Positions 1 to 11,319 of a stretch of 64,000 nt of DNA are shown one piece after another (the stretch's first letter is position 1; each line of letters opens with the position of its first letter). The stretch is from Balanoglossus misakiensis (taxonomy: Eukaryota; Animalia; Hemichordata): NCBI GenBank assembly GCA_040954595.2, contig CM082581.2, positions 7,122,699 to 7,186,698 of the forward strand, in the 5' to 3' direction. The position numbers were made by a program, and so were the translations under genes. The notes under the pieces are model-generated. The model did no database searches, was not told where the DNA came from, and was given only the letters and a program-made list of their open reading frames with translations.

Positions 1-119
1 TACCATCCTCGATATTTCGACTCTGTTGCATTTCATTAGGAGGTACTACCATAGTTTCCAGGATATTTTGAAACGCAGGCCTGGGTCACATGGTAAGTGT
101 CATGTGGTTAATGCCTCGA

Positions 120-589
120 CTACGAAGTCGAGGAAATGTGGGGAAGGATGACGTCCGGAGCCCGCCACCTCTCGCTTTCAATGTTCACCAACCACTTCTC
201 GATTCTCGACTCGGGGGTCTCGGGTTCCCTCTGGTATTCCGGCGTTTCGTCGATGACGGTCTCTCTGATCGGGAGAACGATTCCCTCGTCGGTGTCGTTG
301 TCGTCGTCGTCAGCGGTTTGGCCCCATTCGTCTCCCCCGTCTTCCTCCGGGATGCCGGATTTCACGATGCAGTCGTTCTGAAGGCAGCCACCGCCGACTA
401 GACAGTTATCACTAGGCTGTCGCCTGGTGGTGATGTCACCGCTGGAGCTCTGCCGAATTTGCTCCACGAAATGTTCTGTGTCATCGGCCAAGTTCTCTTG
501 ACCTTTGCAAACTTCGTTGAGAGATTGCCTGATCTTTTCCAACACAAGAACATCGTGTCCGTTGGTGTGCATGTAGTTATTATTTGACA
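120..589 (-). CDS. Gene A coding exon 2: acidic C-terminal half ending in the RIEKWLVNI helix; spliced protein about 388 aa
   Basis: Strong acceptor ttttcctattttccttttcag| ending at 590. G from exon 1 plus TG gives GTG, in frame with ORF 120..590, so phases match exactly. TAG stop at 122-120. Confidence 0.8.
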
Positions 590-959
590 CTGAAAAGGAA
601 AATAGGAAAATATTTTAAACAAAGCAGTGCGCAAAAAAGGGACATTTTCATTGTTACATCTGCAGGGTCTCAACTTGGTCTTGAACGGAAAGGCGGCTTT
701 TCAACGAAAGGATTAACGGAATCACAATAGGCGTCAACTTCACGGTCACGGAGCAGACAACAATGTCAAGGAATCCAATTACAACTTATGCGGCCAATGT
801 TTGCAACATCCAAGGCGGTTTAGAAGGCCGCAGAATTAAAAATTTAAATTTTAAAACAGTTAGCAAAATCAGATATGTTAATTTTGTTCATTGCGTGGAC
901 CGTTAAGGTCCTCGACTTGCAAACTAGGTAAACCTAATCGAGGGAAAAATACAAGCTGT

Positions 960-982
960 GTTTGTTTGTTTGTTTGTTTGTT
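960..982. repeat. (GTTT)n microsatellite in the gene A intron
   Basis: Direct reading of the sequence. Confidence 0.9.
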
Positions 983-2431
983 AGAAACTAATTACAACAA
1001 AGGCCCCAACGCGACCGAATCATAGCCATGAAAGTCGTTGATCTATGACCACAGACAAAGAGAAATGTCGACCCCGGTGACACGAATGTGACGAAGTTGT
1101 CATGGTGACAGCGCCTGAAGATGACCACGATTGTTATTGCCTCGGGTTACAATACATGACTCGCGGTTTCATCATTTATGTAGAATAAAGATAGACGTCC
1201 ATATATTGTGTCAGGTGGAACAACCTTGTTAGAATATGGAAGGTGGAATGACCGTGTTTAGAAGTCAGACAGACAGTCAGTCAGTCATTGAATCAGTCAC
1301 GGAAGAAAGAAAGAAAAAAAAGAAAGAAAGAATAAAAACAAGCCAGCAAACCTTTTTGAAAGAAATTAACACAATAAACCAAACACTTATTTCAATAACA
1401 CCACCTCCACGGGTTTTCGTGTATTGACGTGGAAGGTGACCCTGGTCCCACCCATTGAGTGTCACGGCATCATGGGTGTATGACAACCCGCCATGGTCGA
1501 CAAGGATATACGGCTAACTATTATGACAAGAAGGACAATATTTGGTATTGTTCAGAAAACAGCGACAACAATCCATTAACCGTGGTCATTACGTGCGTTT
1601 CCACAAACGTCTGCCAGCTTTTCGGCCCCAATATCCCTCCCTAAGAAGTGAAAGTAGTGACCTATGCGCGTTTTAGCTTGAACAGTTTAAGCTACAGACA
1701 AAGATGAGTTTTTCTCATTGTGCTTGGCCTGGTCAATAAGTGGTATCGTGAATGAAATGGGAAAAGGGACCGAGAGAAGCACTTTTTATTGTGTTTTCAC
1801 TGCGTCTAATACCCCTAAGTCCTTTTATACAGTGAGCATTTGGAGACGATTGTATGGAAACGTTCACCTTTTTCCCCCAGGTGGCACTATTTAATGCAAA
1901 TCCACGCTTCTTTCAATGAGTCAAGTTCAAATCCAATCGCGGTCAGCCTTTTGTGTTTAAGTTGTTACGTAAGTAATTCGAAATCGCTAACTTTCAAAAG
2001 TCAACCACAATATATTTTTTCTCGGCAAAATCGTCCACAGCACCCGTTCATTTATTTTGCAAATTCGAAGCAATTGCGTTGGTCATTGGCCAAGTTAACA
2101 AAGACCAGAATTATTTCACCGATCGGTCAAAGAAAGACTGAAGTTGGAATATGAGTGAAAGTGGGAAAGTTCTGGACAATTTTGACAAGACCCGCAAAAT
2201 TGTCAACAATAATGGGTCCAGGAGCCACGGGCAAATTTCTCGCTTCTCCAGGGTTTCCGGAAAGGTCCGAAAATAATCTCTGCGATTCTTAATAAGAGAA
2301 CTCAATAGTTGCTTTCGGCATAATCGATATAGTGAGTTCAATACTAGAATTTATAGACTTGGAATTTGTCCTTGCAGATACTAATCTTTATGATATTTTG
2401 AAGTAGACCCATTAAAAATGTGGTAGTTTAC

Positions 2432-3128
2432 CTGAAGTTCTCGGGGCCGGGAGAGGAGTATCCGGTCGGGAACTTTGACGGCTGACGAGAGACCGCCGTG
2501 ATATCCTCGGGGACGGCACCGGAGAGTTAGTTAGGGATGACACGCCGTTGGTGTGCGACGATTTCCGACGGATCAGCGGCGAGGAGTTTGTCGAACTCGG
2601 CATCGCCTCTTGGGTGGAGAAAATGTTTCTCCTGTGTATCAGTGGCGAGCTGCCGGCGCTCTGTTGTCCCGGCGGCGGCGGATCGTCGGACCCCGTGCTC
2701 GTCGTTCGTCTCAACACCTTCCGCAGCAGGTCCGGGGAGCCGTCGCCTGATCGCGGCGACGCCATGTTGTCGCCCTGGTTCTGAATCCCCTTCGCCATAT
2801 GCCGCTCCAGGTGCCTTCGCATGTCCGGCATCGATGCGTGCTTTAGGAATTTTCCGCGGTGGCGCATGAACGACGACGGGCTCTGCGGGGGTGTGTCGGG
2901 CGCCGCGTCGGCCCTGAGCGGAAACGTAGTCTCTTTCTCTGTAGGCGAATCCCCGATCTCATGCCGCGATAACGGACTGTTCACCAGCGGTGGCAAGTTG
3001 TTCAGCGCCGGTGCACTGTCGATTTTCCGAAGAGCTCTCTTCCGTCTTTCCAGGAGTCTCGGCTTGACCCCGGGGCTTGTTGGCGGTGTCTGGTATCCGC
3101 CGAAGACATCGTTACCTCCATCGCTCAT
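2432..3128 (-). CDS. Gene A coding exon 1: Ser/Pro/Arg-rich disordered protein (232 codons + 1 nt)
   Basis: GC-rich ORF starting at ATG 3128. Donor TCAG|GTAAAC with the intron starting at 2431 (phase 1). Repeated SPxxxR[RK] units (SPDLLRK, SPLIHRR, SPLIRRK, SPRISRR). Confidence 0.8.
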
Positions 3129-6100
3129 ATTTGTCGGAAACGGTCGCGCTCGATACTCCGTTTATCGTATCAGACAGATTTCCAAAATCCGTCCGAATCA
3201 AAAAATGCCCGCAGCGCTTCGACTGCCAAATGTGCCGACGGTCGACAGTGCAGTGGGGTCCTTACCGCCTGAGATTTAGAGTCATTCGGATAAAACAGAC
3301 GATACAGTTCTCAGAGCGTGAACAATTGGGCAAACAACGCCAACAGGTAAACTACCGAAGTAAGTAAACCATTAGGCCGTACAGATAGAAAAGGGTCCTG
3401 GGCGCGGGACCGTGTCTGTCTGCTACTTTAACAAGTATGCGAGAGAACCTAACCCCTCTGTCTAGAACACAATAGAACCAGGTGGCATTGTTATGTAAAT
3501 GCGGTAACTTTGCCGGCGGCCGAAGGAGTGTACCTGCATGTAACCACTTGCTGACCATCAGTATCACATTTGCCGCTGTCAAAAGAGCGTCATTAAAATG
3601 CCATTTATTTTGTGGAAAGAACGTCGAGTGGTCCGCCAGCAAACACTACAGGCCGCTGTCTGCGTCACTCTGAACCCCTCGACTGCATGATTACACAGGT
3701 TTTTCTATTATAGGGGCAACAACCGATCGCGACTACAGCGATATTGTAAAGAAAAAAGTACAACAATGCTTTTCTCCCAGAGAAGTTGATCGCATTTTCG
3801 AAAAAAAACATTAATTAGATATTTGAATGGGTCAGAGGTCAATGGCCGGTACCTTTCCTACACGTCATCATTACCATACCATCGTCGGTTGCTCCAATGG
3901 CCATGGTCAACCTTTGACAGTTTGATATTTTTAGCAACTGACGAAATGCACAATTATATTAGCCATGGCTGATATTGAAGGGTACTCCTACTTATCAACC
4001 CAGTGCATACATGTACACTCGGTAATCGTCGGCATTTATCGGACGTCGAAATTGAAAGTTTTAAACTTTCCCCAGTATTTTGCTCAAGTATCTCTGTTTA
4101 AATGAAATGGTCAGCGTTCATTTTCTTTTAGTCAGCAAGTCATAGACCCCCATTTTTCATTTTGTACAGAAAATAGGAGATTCCGCGTGAATCACCACCT
4201 GTTGCGTCGTCGATGTAGTCGGTGCGTGCACCCCCCCCCCCTCCCACACGCGCGCTCGGGCAGTGAAACTTTCCAAACAGGACAGATTATTCCGTAATGC
4301 GCGACGAAAACCCATGGAAGGCTCTCGCAGTCTCCGGGATGGAATTTCATACGCGCATTGAAAATCGGCTTTCTTTGTGCGAGAATGGAGAAAATAACAG
4401 GAGCGCATTGTTATTACACCTGACAATACTCGCCAGCCGCGGAGGACATGTTTACAAACTCAGAATTTCAGACATTTGATCCTCTTCAGCTTTGGATCGA
4501 ATCTCCGGGTCAGGGGTCGCTTGAAGTATGATATGTAAACTTGATGCGCTCGGGGCGAGGCACAAAGACTAACAGGTTGTCTCCATCCAAACTTTCGAAC
4601 GCCGAACTCTCTCAACACTTCCACCCGCGGAGAGATAAAAGAGCAAACACACTTACTTTCTGGATTAGTTTAATGTAAAGTCTGGTAAGTTTGCGCATGT
4701 AATCAAGTGTAATTACATTACGGCGTAAACCGCGTTTTGCGTCATTCAAGTTCCGGCTCAGTAGAAGAAAAATAAACGTATTCATGACAATCGATTGTGC
4801 AGTGCAAGTGTTTGACTAGCATAAATTGTGCGGGAGCTCAATAAGCCTTCCTCCCCAAATATGCCAATTAAATTTCTGAAGTTCGTGTTGAAATTTTGCC
4901 AGTCTCGATGCGTGTCTGGGCATTCGCGAATCGACTCTGAAGGGGCTGCAAAATGGTGGCAAGGAAAACGGCTGTAATTGGTTCCAGTGCCGGGATTCGT
5001 TAAACAAGATAACATCCATATTAAACGTCCTTGTGTTATAGAGAGGCGCATAAACGATGTTGATTAAGTGGCTTTTGATTGCAGTCCATTTGGTTGGCTG
5101 GGGAGACAATGAGGTTTTATGGAGGACCTCGTTAATTTATTTTGATGGCCGGGAATAATTGGAGTGTACCAAAACATGTCCATGAAATGGCTGCCAAAGA
5201 CAGAGGAACCCTGGGCAGGAAATTTGGGGGAGGGAGGGAGAGTGTGTGAGGTCGCGGTAGACGCTGGAGATAGAGACGAGCTTAGATAGATAGATACATC
5301 GATGAAAGGCGAGTAAAATGCGTGCAATCAATCGCTGGATTCAGTACGGGGCTTAACGCAACCAGTGCAATTACCGCAATTTGCCCTCCTGTTATGCTTC
5401 CGAACCCCAGGGGAAGGAGTCTTTGTCCGGGACGGGATTTTCATTCAGCGGCATTGTGACTCCCGAAGGCGGTCGGGTCCCTGATACCCATTGTTCATTG
5501 TCTGTCGCGGAAAAATAAGGCAACTGTTGTTTTCTCCGCTGTTGTTGGGATATTCAGCCACTTAGGCAGCAATCATGGTTTCCGAAGCACGTTTGCACGA
5601 CCTCCCATGTCACAAGAAAGTGGAAATGAAGTTGCTGCTTGGCGAACGACATTTTGACTGATGATCGCCAGAAGTAAACTCATTCAGTTTATTTGTAAAC
5701 ATTTTATATCGAAGCAGATGAAGATTCGTCTGAGTCTGACAAATATCTCGAACGCCCACTTTACCATCAGCACTTAGAACTTGCAGTTGACCGTGAGAAA
5801 CCCAAGTATATAGAGGGCGCTGTGTATAACATCTCGATCGTGGCAACGACGAACTTTGAAAATGATGTTTATCTGCGGTTGACAGGCAAACTTTTCAAAG
5901 CGTGGATTAATATTAGGCACGGTCCCTGCCCTCAATGTTGTGAAAGACTTTCATGAACAAAGGCTGGGAAACACACTTCTTGAGCGGCCTTAATCTGAAT
6001 TAAGCCGTGAGAATTAATTACATGTAAAAAGGACCGAAGGTGACCGCACATTTGACAAAATTGGCATCCGAGTTGATTGTGATCAGAACATTCTCACTGA

Positions 6101-7771
6101 GTGGAGCAATGAACTTACAAAGAGAGTATTCGCCAGATTAACCCCAAAGACCCTGCAGATCGCATCGGGGCGGAAAGATTGTGATCACACAACCATAAAA
6201 AACACATCGCTCAAAAAAGGAGAAACTCTCCTGGAGAGGCAAACGTACTTTGTATTGTAGGGCGGTCACCAGGCACTGGTCATTGAACTTTACTGACCCA
6301 CCCGTTGTCGTACACACCCGACTTGTTGAACATGATCAAAACCCCACAAAGGCGTTCTCTTTTTTTTCATCTTCACCCCATTTAATTTATTAAAACACCT
6401 CAGACAAGTTGTTGAAGTACGCCCTCAACAGTTACATCGACTGTTACTTCTCGTTTGAGTACAACGCTTACGGTTACTCGAAAAAAAATTGAACCACAAA
6501 ACGTAGAGGGCGCGCGCGCGGACCCACACGTCGTTAAATTGGCCAAGTTGTATTTTAAATAGTCAATGTTTAGTATTGCGAAACACCGCGATAAGCAAGT
6601 TGGAATTCGAGTAATGGTCCTAATATCATTGAATGCTGGTTTCGATACGCATTTGTGAGTTAGCTGTATGGTTGCACCATCAATTTATTGATTCGATGCT
6701 GCCTGAATTCCCTGGCGAAGTCAGAAATTGGCCATGAAGAAGAATTCGCACAAAGGCAGGAATAGTTTTCATGGCCGGCGCAAAAATATGGGCAAGGACA
6801 TGAACGCGGGACACTTCTGACCGGATCGATTTTTACCCCAGAAAGCACGCCAAACAATACCCACCCGCACGTAACAAAGTAGCGGCATTCAAACCAACCA
6901 GGCCAATCCCATCGCCACTGCTAAAACCGAACTTTTATGTACGTGCCATCCCTATTAGTAATGGTAGACTGGTATGCCTTACCTGCTGTAAAAACCCAAT
7001 TGGGTCTTTTCAGACCCCGCGATATTGGATTGAATTGTACTAACCAGCGAAGAATGGTGTTTATCGATCGGTAGACATCTCGAGTAGAATTAGCTTGCCT
7101 TTACTGTTTCAAATCTATCTTTTCTTACGAAATGCTAATCGCCTCTCATGTCGACCGGTTTCAATATCAATTTACATATAACGTTCTCTCCAAATAACGT
7201 AGCGAAATAATACTACTGTGGTAAAAACGCACAGAGAAAGAAAATTTAGGTTGAAAAAATTCTGGATCGAGACGTTTCGTGCGTGGTGCATTGTTTGAAA
7301 AACTGCAATGCACGAATTTACATGGTCTGATAACTTGGATAAATCCAACAAAAACTAACAAAAAGGTGGGATTATATGGGATTGCACGAGTACTGTACCG
7401 GGGCTTAGCAAAGAGAGTGTGATGCTATGTGTAATTATCTCACTCAAAAGTCAGTTCATCAGCAGCGAAAATCCACGGTCAATAAACCAATGGCGATCAA
7501 ATTAGCCTGGAACAATACAGAACACTGCATTCTTTGGGCTATTTATGCAAATGAGCTGGAGCCAGTTTCGCCCCTTCTCGGGACATCGATCTCGAACGAC
7601 TGCAGAACCCATCTCTACGGATCAGAAATGGCTGCTGCCTCGCTCGCTGCTGTGTCGACGATATGACCCGGTGACCCCTCCCTGCCAGTACGGCACTGTC
7701 ATGGATAAAATCCATGTCTGAGTAAGCTGGAATGGTGTGAGCGTGCAGAAATCCTGGTGCGGTGGCATCGT

Positions 7772-9158
7772 ATGGTACAGCTGGAGGATAAAGGGACGCA
7801 AGCTCGTTCGGAAAAAATGGAGAAAACATTGGCCGGCAGTGCCCGGGCAGACGCAATGGACGCGGACAAATGCCAGGAACGAGAAACCGATCTCGAAGAT
7901 GGCGAAGACATTCTCTTGGACGCAGATGCCATTCTCGCTCTCTCCGATTCGGACGACCCAGACGAATTTCCGCTTTTGCAGACTATCACTGAAAGCGACG
8001 AGGAAGACGACGCGGGAAATCGTGTCAAGAAAAATTCGCTCACAAAAGGCGAGTCAGAAGACAGAGACCGCAAAGCCTCCGAAGTCTACGTGCCAGCGGA
8101 GACCGTTCCACGAGCGTCAGCGTTCACCGCCGTCTCCGGCAATACATTCCGTCCGGTCGTGCCCACGCTGATCGTCCTCGACGTCGAAAGTGGTGACCGC
8201 AGTGCAGGTAGTCTGTTAGCAAAGCCGACAGCCGAGGAAAAGTTTCAATCGGTCGTCGATGAATACAAGCAAACGAGAGAAAATGGCAACCGCGTTGGAC
8301 TCGACAAAAGAGGAGGTATTGGATACGCCCAACCATCTATGACTGGACACAAAGACAGTTTCCTAAGCCCGGGGATACTGAACGGCGACAGCTCATCGCT
8401 TGTAGTGAGAAGGCATTCCTTCGGGGGGACGGCCAAAGACCAAAAGTCAAAAGATGAGCTGCGAGAACATCGCCACATGACACCTGACAAACAACAAACA
8501 CGGGCGGTTCACAGGCGACCGCCTTTGATCACGATTCAAGGAACGCTTTCGTCGTCCGACAGCGAGTCAGAGAAGACACAATCCGAAGCTGGAATTGTGT
8601 TCAATCCGACGAAGAATGCGGTACACCGGACGGGTCTCTGGGGGGCCGGCGACGCCATGTTGGAACCGTTCAGTGGTAAAACAAAGAAAGTCACGCGAAG
8701 GTACTCGATCGCTCACACCCGGGAAGCGCACAAGAGAGTTCTTGAAAACATCAACTTTGAAAAGAGCCATTTTGTAAAAGAGAGAAACGGAGACCATCGA
8801 AGAGGCTCCAAGCCTCCCCTATCGCCCAGTTCCTTCACTCACACGTCGAACAGACAACGACGGAAAGCTTCCGTCGACGCCCCGAACATGAGACTCTTGC
8901 AACCGCACCCTGCATCCCCGGCAGATTCTCCGAGGTCAAAGAGCAAGCACGCCCCGCCAACCCAAGGCGGCTTGACGATTCCGCAACAGCTCGACACGGC
9001 AAGGCAGCGGAGGGCGTCGTCGATCATCCCGCCGCGGAGAGACACAGCCCTCCTCAGCCCAGCGGACCCGACCTCAGTCGGCGTCGATAAAACCAAAAGG
9101 AGAACAACGTCCTGTCCACCGCCAGTTACTTTATCGTCGTCGCATTTCATGTTTGGAG
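7772..9158 (+). CDS. FAM124: FAM124-family gene coding exon 1: about 462-aa disordered N-terminal extension
   Basis: Long ORF; first ATG at 7772 follows an in-frame TAA at 7706. Donor GGAG|GTGAGG at 9159 (phase 1) joins the FAM124 exon in frame. Confidence 0.75.
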
Positions 9159-10013
9159 GTGAGGCCAGTCTTGTATTCCGGAATCTTTGAAAATTTCCGG
9201 AAGCAACATCACGTATTCAACTTTAACAACCATTGCAAAACTTTATTTTCGACCAATTCTGCGTTTTTCAATATAGTTTCCCCCCCCCCCCCCCTCGTAC
9301 GAAATTATCTGCATTAGTGGTACTCGGGGAGTATGTACTAGTATGTCGTACGGTATGTGACATCGAGACCTTATATAGTTCGTTACGTAACAATTAACAG
9401 TTAAATTGTAATCACCGGCAGAAAATCGATATGAAAAACAGTGGGGCGCGATTCTTCGACCAGAAAATAGTATTCTGCAAACCGGCACGTAAAAACATGG
9501 TAGACCGAGTGTTTTTCGCGGGTGCTCAAAGCTTGTATAAGAATTTTAGTCCGCTGCCAGTGGAGGCCAATAATCGCCGCAGACTGCTATAGCCACGGTG
9601 TGTGGAGCTCGTGTGCCGGCCCAGTCGTGACCAGCACCGTCACCATGCACTATACAAGACCTCCAGGTTGGCGATCAATACGAAGCAGCAGGGTTCCTAC
9701 TACCCGACCGTTATTCGCGTTTTCATCTTTAGTGAGCGATTAAGTAAAATTGAAAGCATAGCGGAAACTTTCGTCAATTTTTCGTCAATTTTTAATTAGT
9801 CTTCGAGTTATCACGTTCTAATTTCTCTTTGACTTATTGTGTGCTTATTCTCGTATCCGGACTTCACACTGAGATCATGACGCAGTACAGGTCTACCGAG
9901 AAATATTCACGGCGACCTAGTGAGGCGTGTTTGCTGTCTACAGTACGACCAATTGAAATTTTGACGTAAGAAAACTGATCGCAAAATAATTTAAACTTTT
10001 TTTATATTTTCAG

Positions 10014-11020
10014 ATGACAATTGGGACGATGGGAAATCTTTCGATCACTACTTAATGACAATGCATTTGATGACCGACCCCGGCGAGGCTGACAAGGTCA
10101 AACAACTGCTGCAGCCCCTCATTGATCTCATAATACCGAAACTGAAGGTATTCAACATCGTCGAGCGAGACCTGCCGGAAAACGCCGAGGTCAGCACGCA
10201 GGGAACGACGCCCTCCACCGGCGTGGTCCTGTTCCTCCAGGAGGACTTCGGGTTGGACCGCATCCTCCAGGCGCAGAAGTACTTCTTCCAGTCGCCGTGG
10301 CAACTGCACCACCGGGACCGACTGGGGACCAATATAGTCTCCATCGCGTCGAACAATCAGGACTTCTACTTCTTCTCGCTCGGCATGCCGCTCTGGGGGA
10401 TACGGCAGGTGCACGGCGGCAGGGACATCCTGCGCTTCATGCTGTTCGTGTCGGACGGGAACTGGGAGGACACCATCCACCTGTACACCACCCTCCTGGG
10501 GAAGGACGTGCGCCTGAACAGGAACGGCTTCTGCTTCTTCACAGTGTTCCGCAGCAACGCGGTGCGGCTGGAGATCCAGCTGGCGCTGAAGCGACTGCCG
10601 CCGGGGCTGAGGCCCAGGGTCTCCGAGTCCTCCATGCTGCAGTTCAAGGTTGAGGAGATCGGCCAAATGGTGCCCTTGCTGCCGCACTCCTGCACCCCGA
10701 TCAGCGAGCGCCGGTGGCAGACCACGGACTACGACGGCAACCGGGTCCTGCTGCTGGTGGCGCCGATTCACGGCGCCGGAAACCAGGACAGCCTCAACGT
10801 AGCGAACGCGCCGACTAAGAAGCGCAGCCAACAACAAGCGGCGCCCCGCCGATCTTCCCTTGTATCCGTCAGTTCAGCTTACGAGTCTGCCGCCGAGTCG
10901 CTGCCGCAGTCGAAAACTTCAACACCGCCCTCATCATTGTCAAGTCACTCGTACCACTCGGCGTCCGAGAACTCAGGTGGCACTGATACATCGGACGACG
11001 AGAACGTGCTTTATATATAA
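10014..11020 (+). CDS. FAM124: FAM124-family gene coding exon 2: FAM124 domain plus Ser/acidic tail
   Basis: Acceptor ttttttatattttcag| ending at 10013; G+AT gives Asp, then 13 codons to ATG 10055. Recognisable FAM124A/B motifs: VVLFLQEDFGLDRI, SPWQLHH, NNQDFY, PLWGIRQVH, IQLALKRLP, LQFKVEEIGQMVPLLPHSCTPISERRWQTTDYDGNRVLL. Very high GC3. Confidence 0.93.
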
Positions 11021-11313
11021 GAGGACGTTGACAATCACTTCTACCAAACAGCCGTAGACAGTGAAAACTGGCAAAAATGAACAATTATGCATCTTGACTT
11101 ACCGCGTAGGTAAAAGATGTAGTCGTACTCTACGTAAAATTTTAAATCAGATTCTTTTGTTAACAATCACTATCATAATCTAGGTTTGAAATGGCCCGGA
11201 GCTGTTACATACGTGTTTTATATCGAGGTTTGTTTTTGTTTTCTTTTTGTTCTGTGATTTGTTTGACACGATTTTTTTTGCATTCATATTTTATTAATAT
11301 CATAAACCATATA

Positions 11314-11319
11314 AATAAA
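11314..11319 (+). terminator. Probable polyadenylation signal of FAM124
   Basis: AATAAA about 295 nt after the stop, in an AT-rich 3' UTR and followed by U-rich sequence. Confidence 0.55.

Noticed and set aside
2412-2431. Gene A ending at the ORF-track stop (…GKLPHF*)
   Set aside because: A donor at 2431 and a phase-matched acceptor at 590 give a better spliced model that includes the shared C-terminal helix.
10052-10837. 261-aa antisense ORF over FAM124
   Set aside because: Shadow of a high-GC3 sense CDS; no independent protein-like features.
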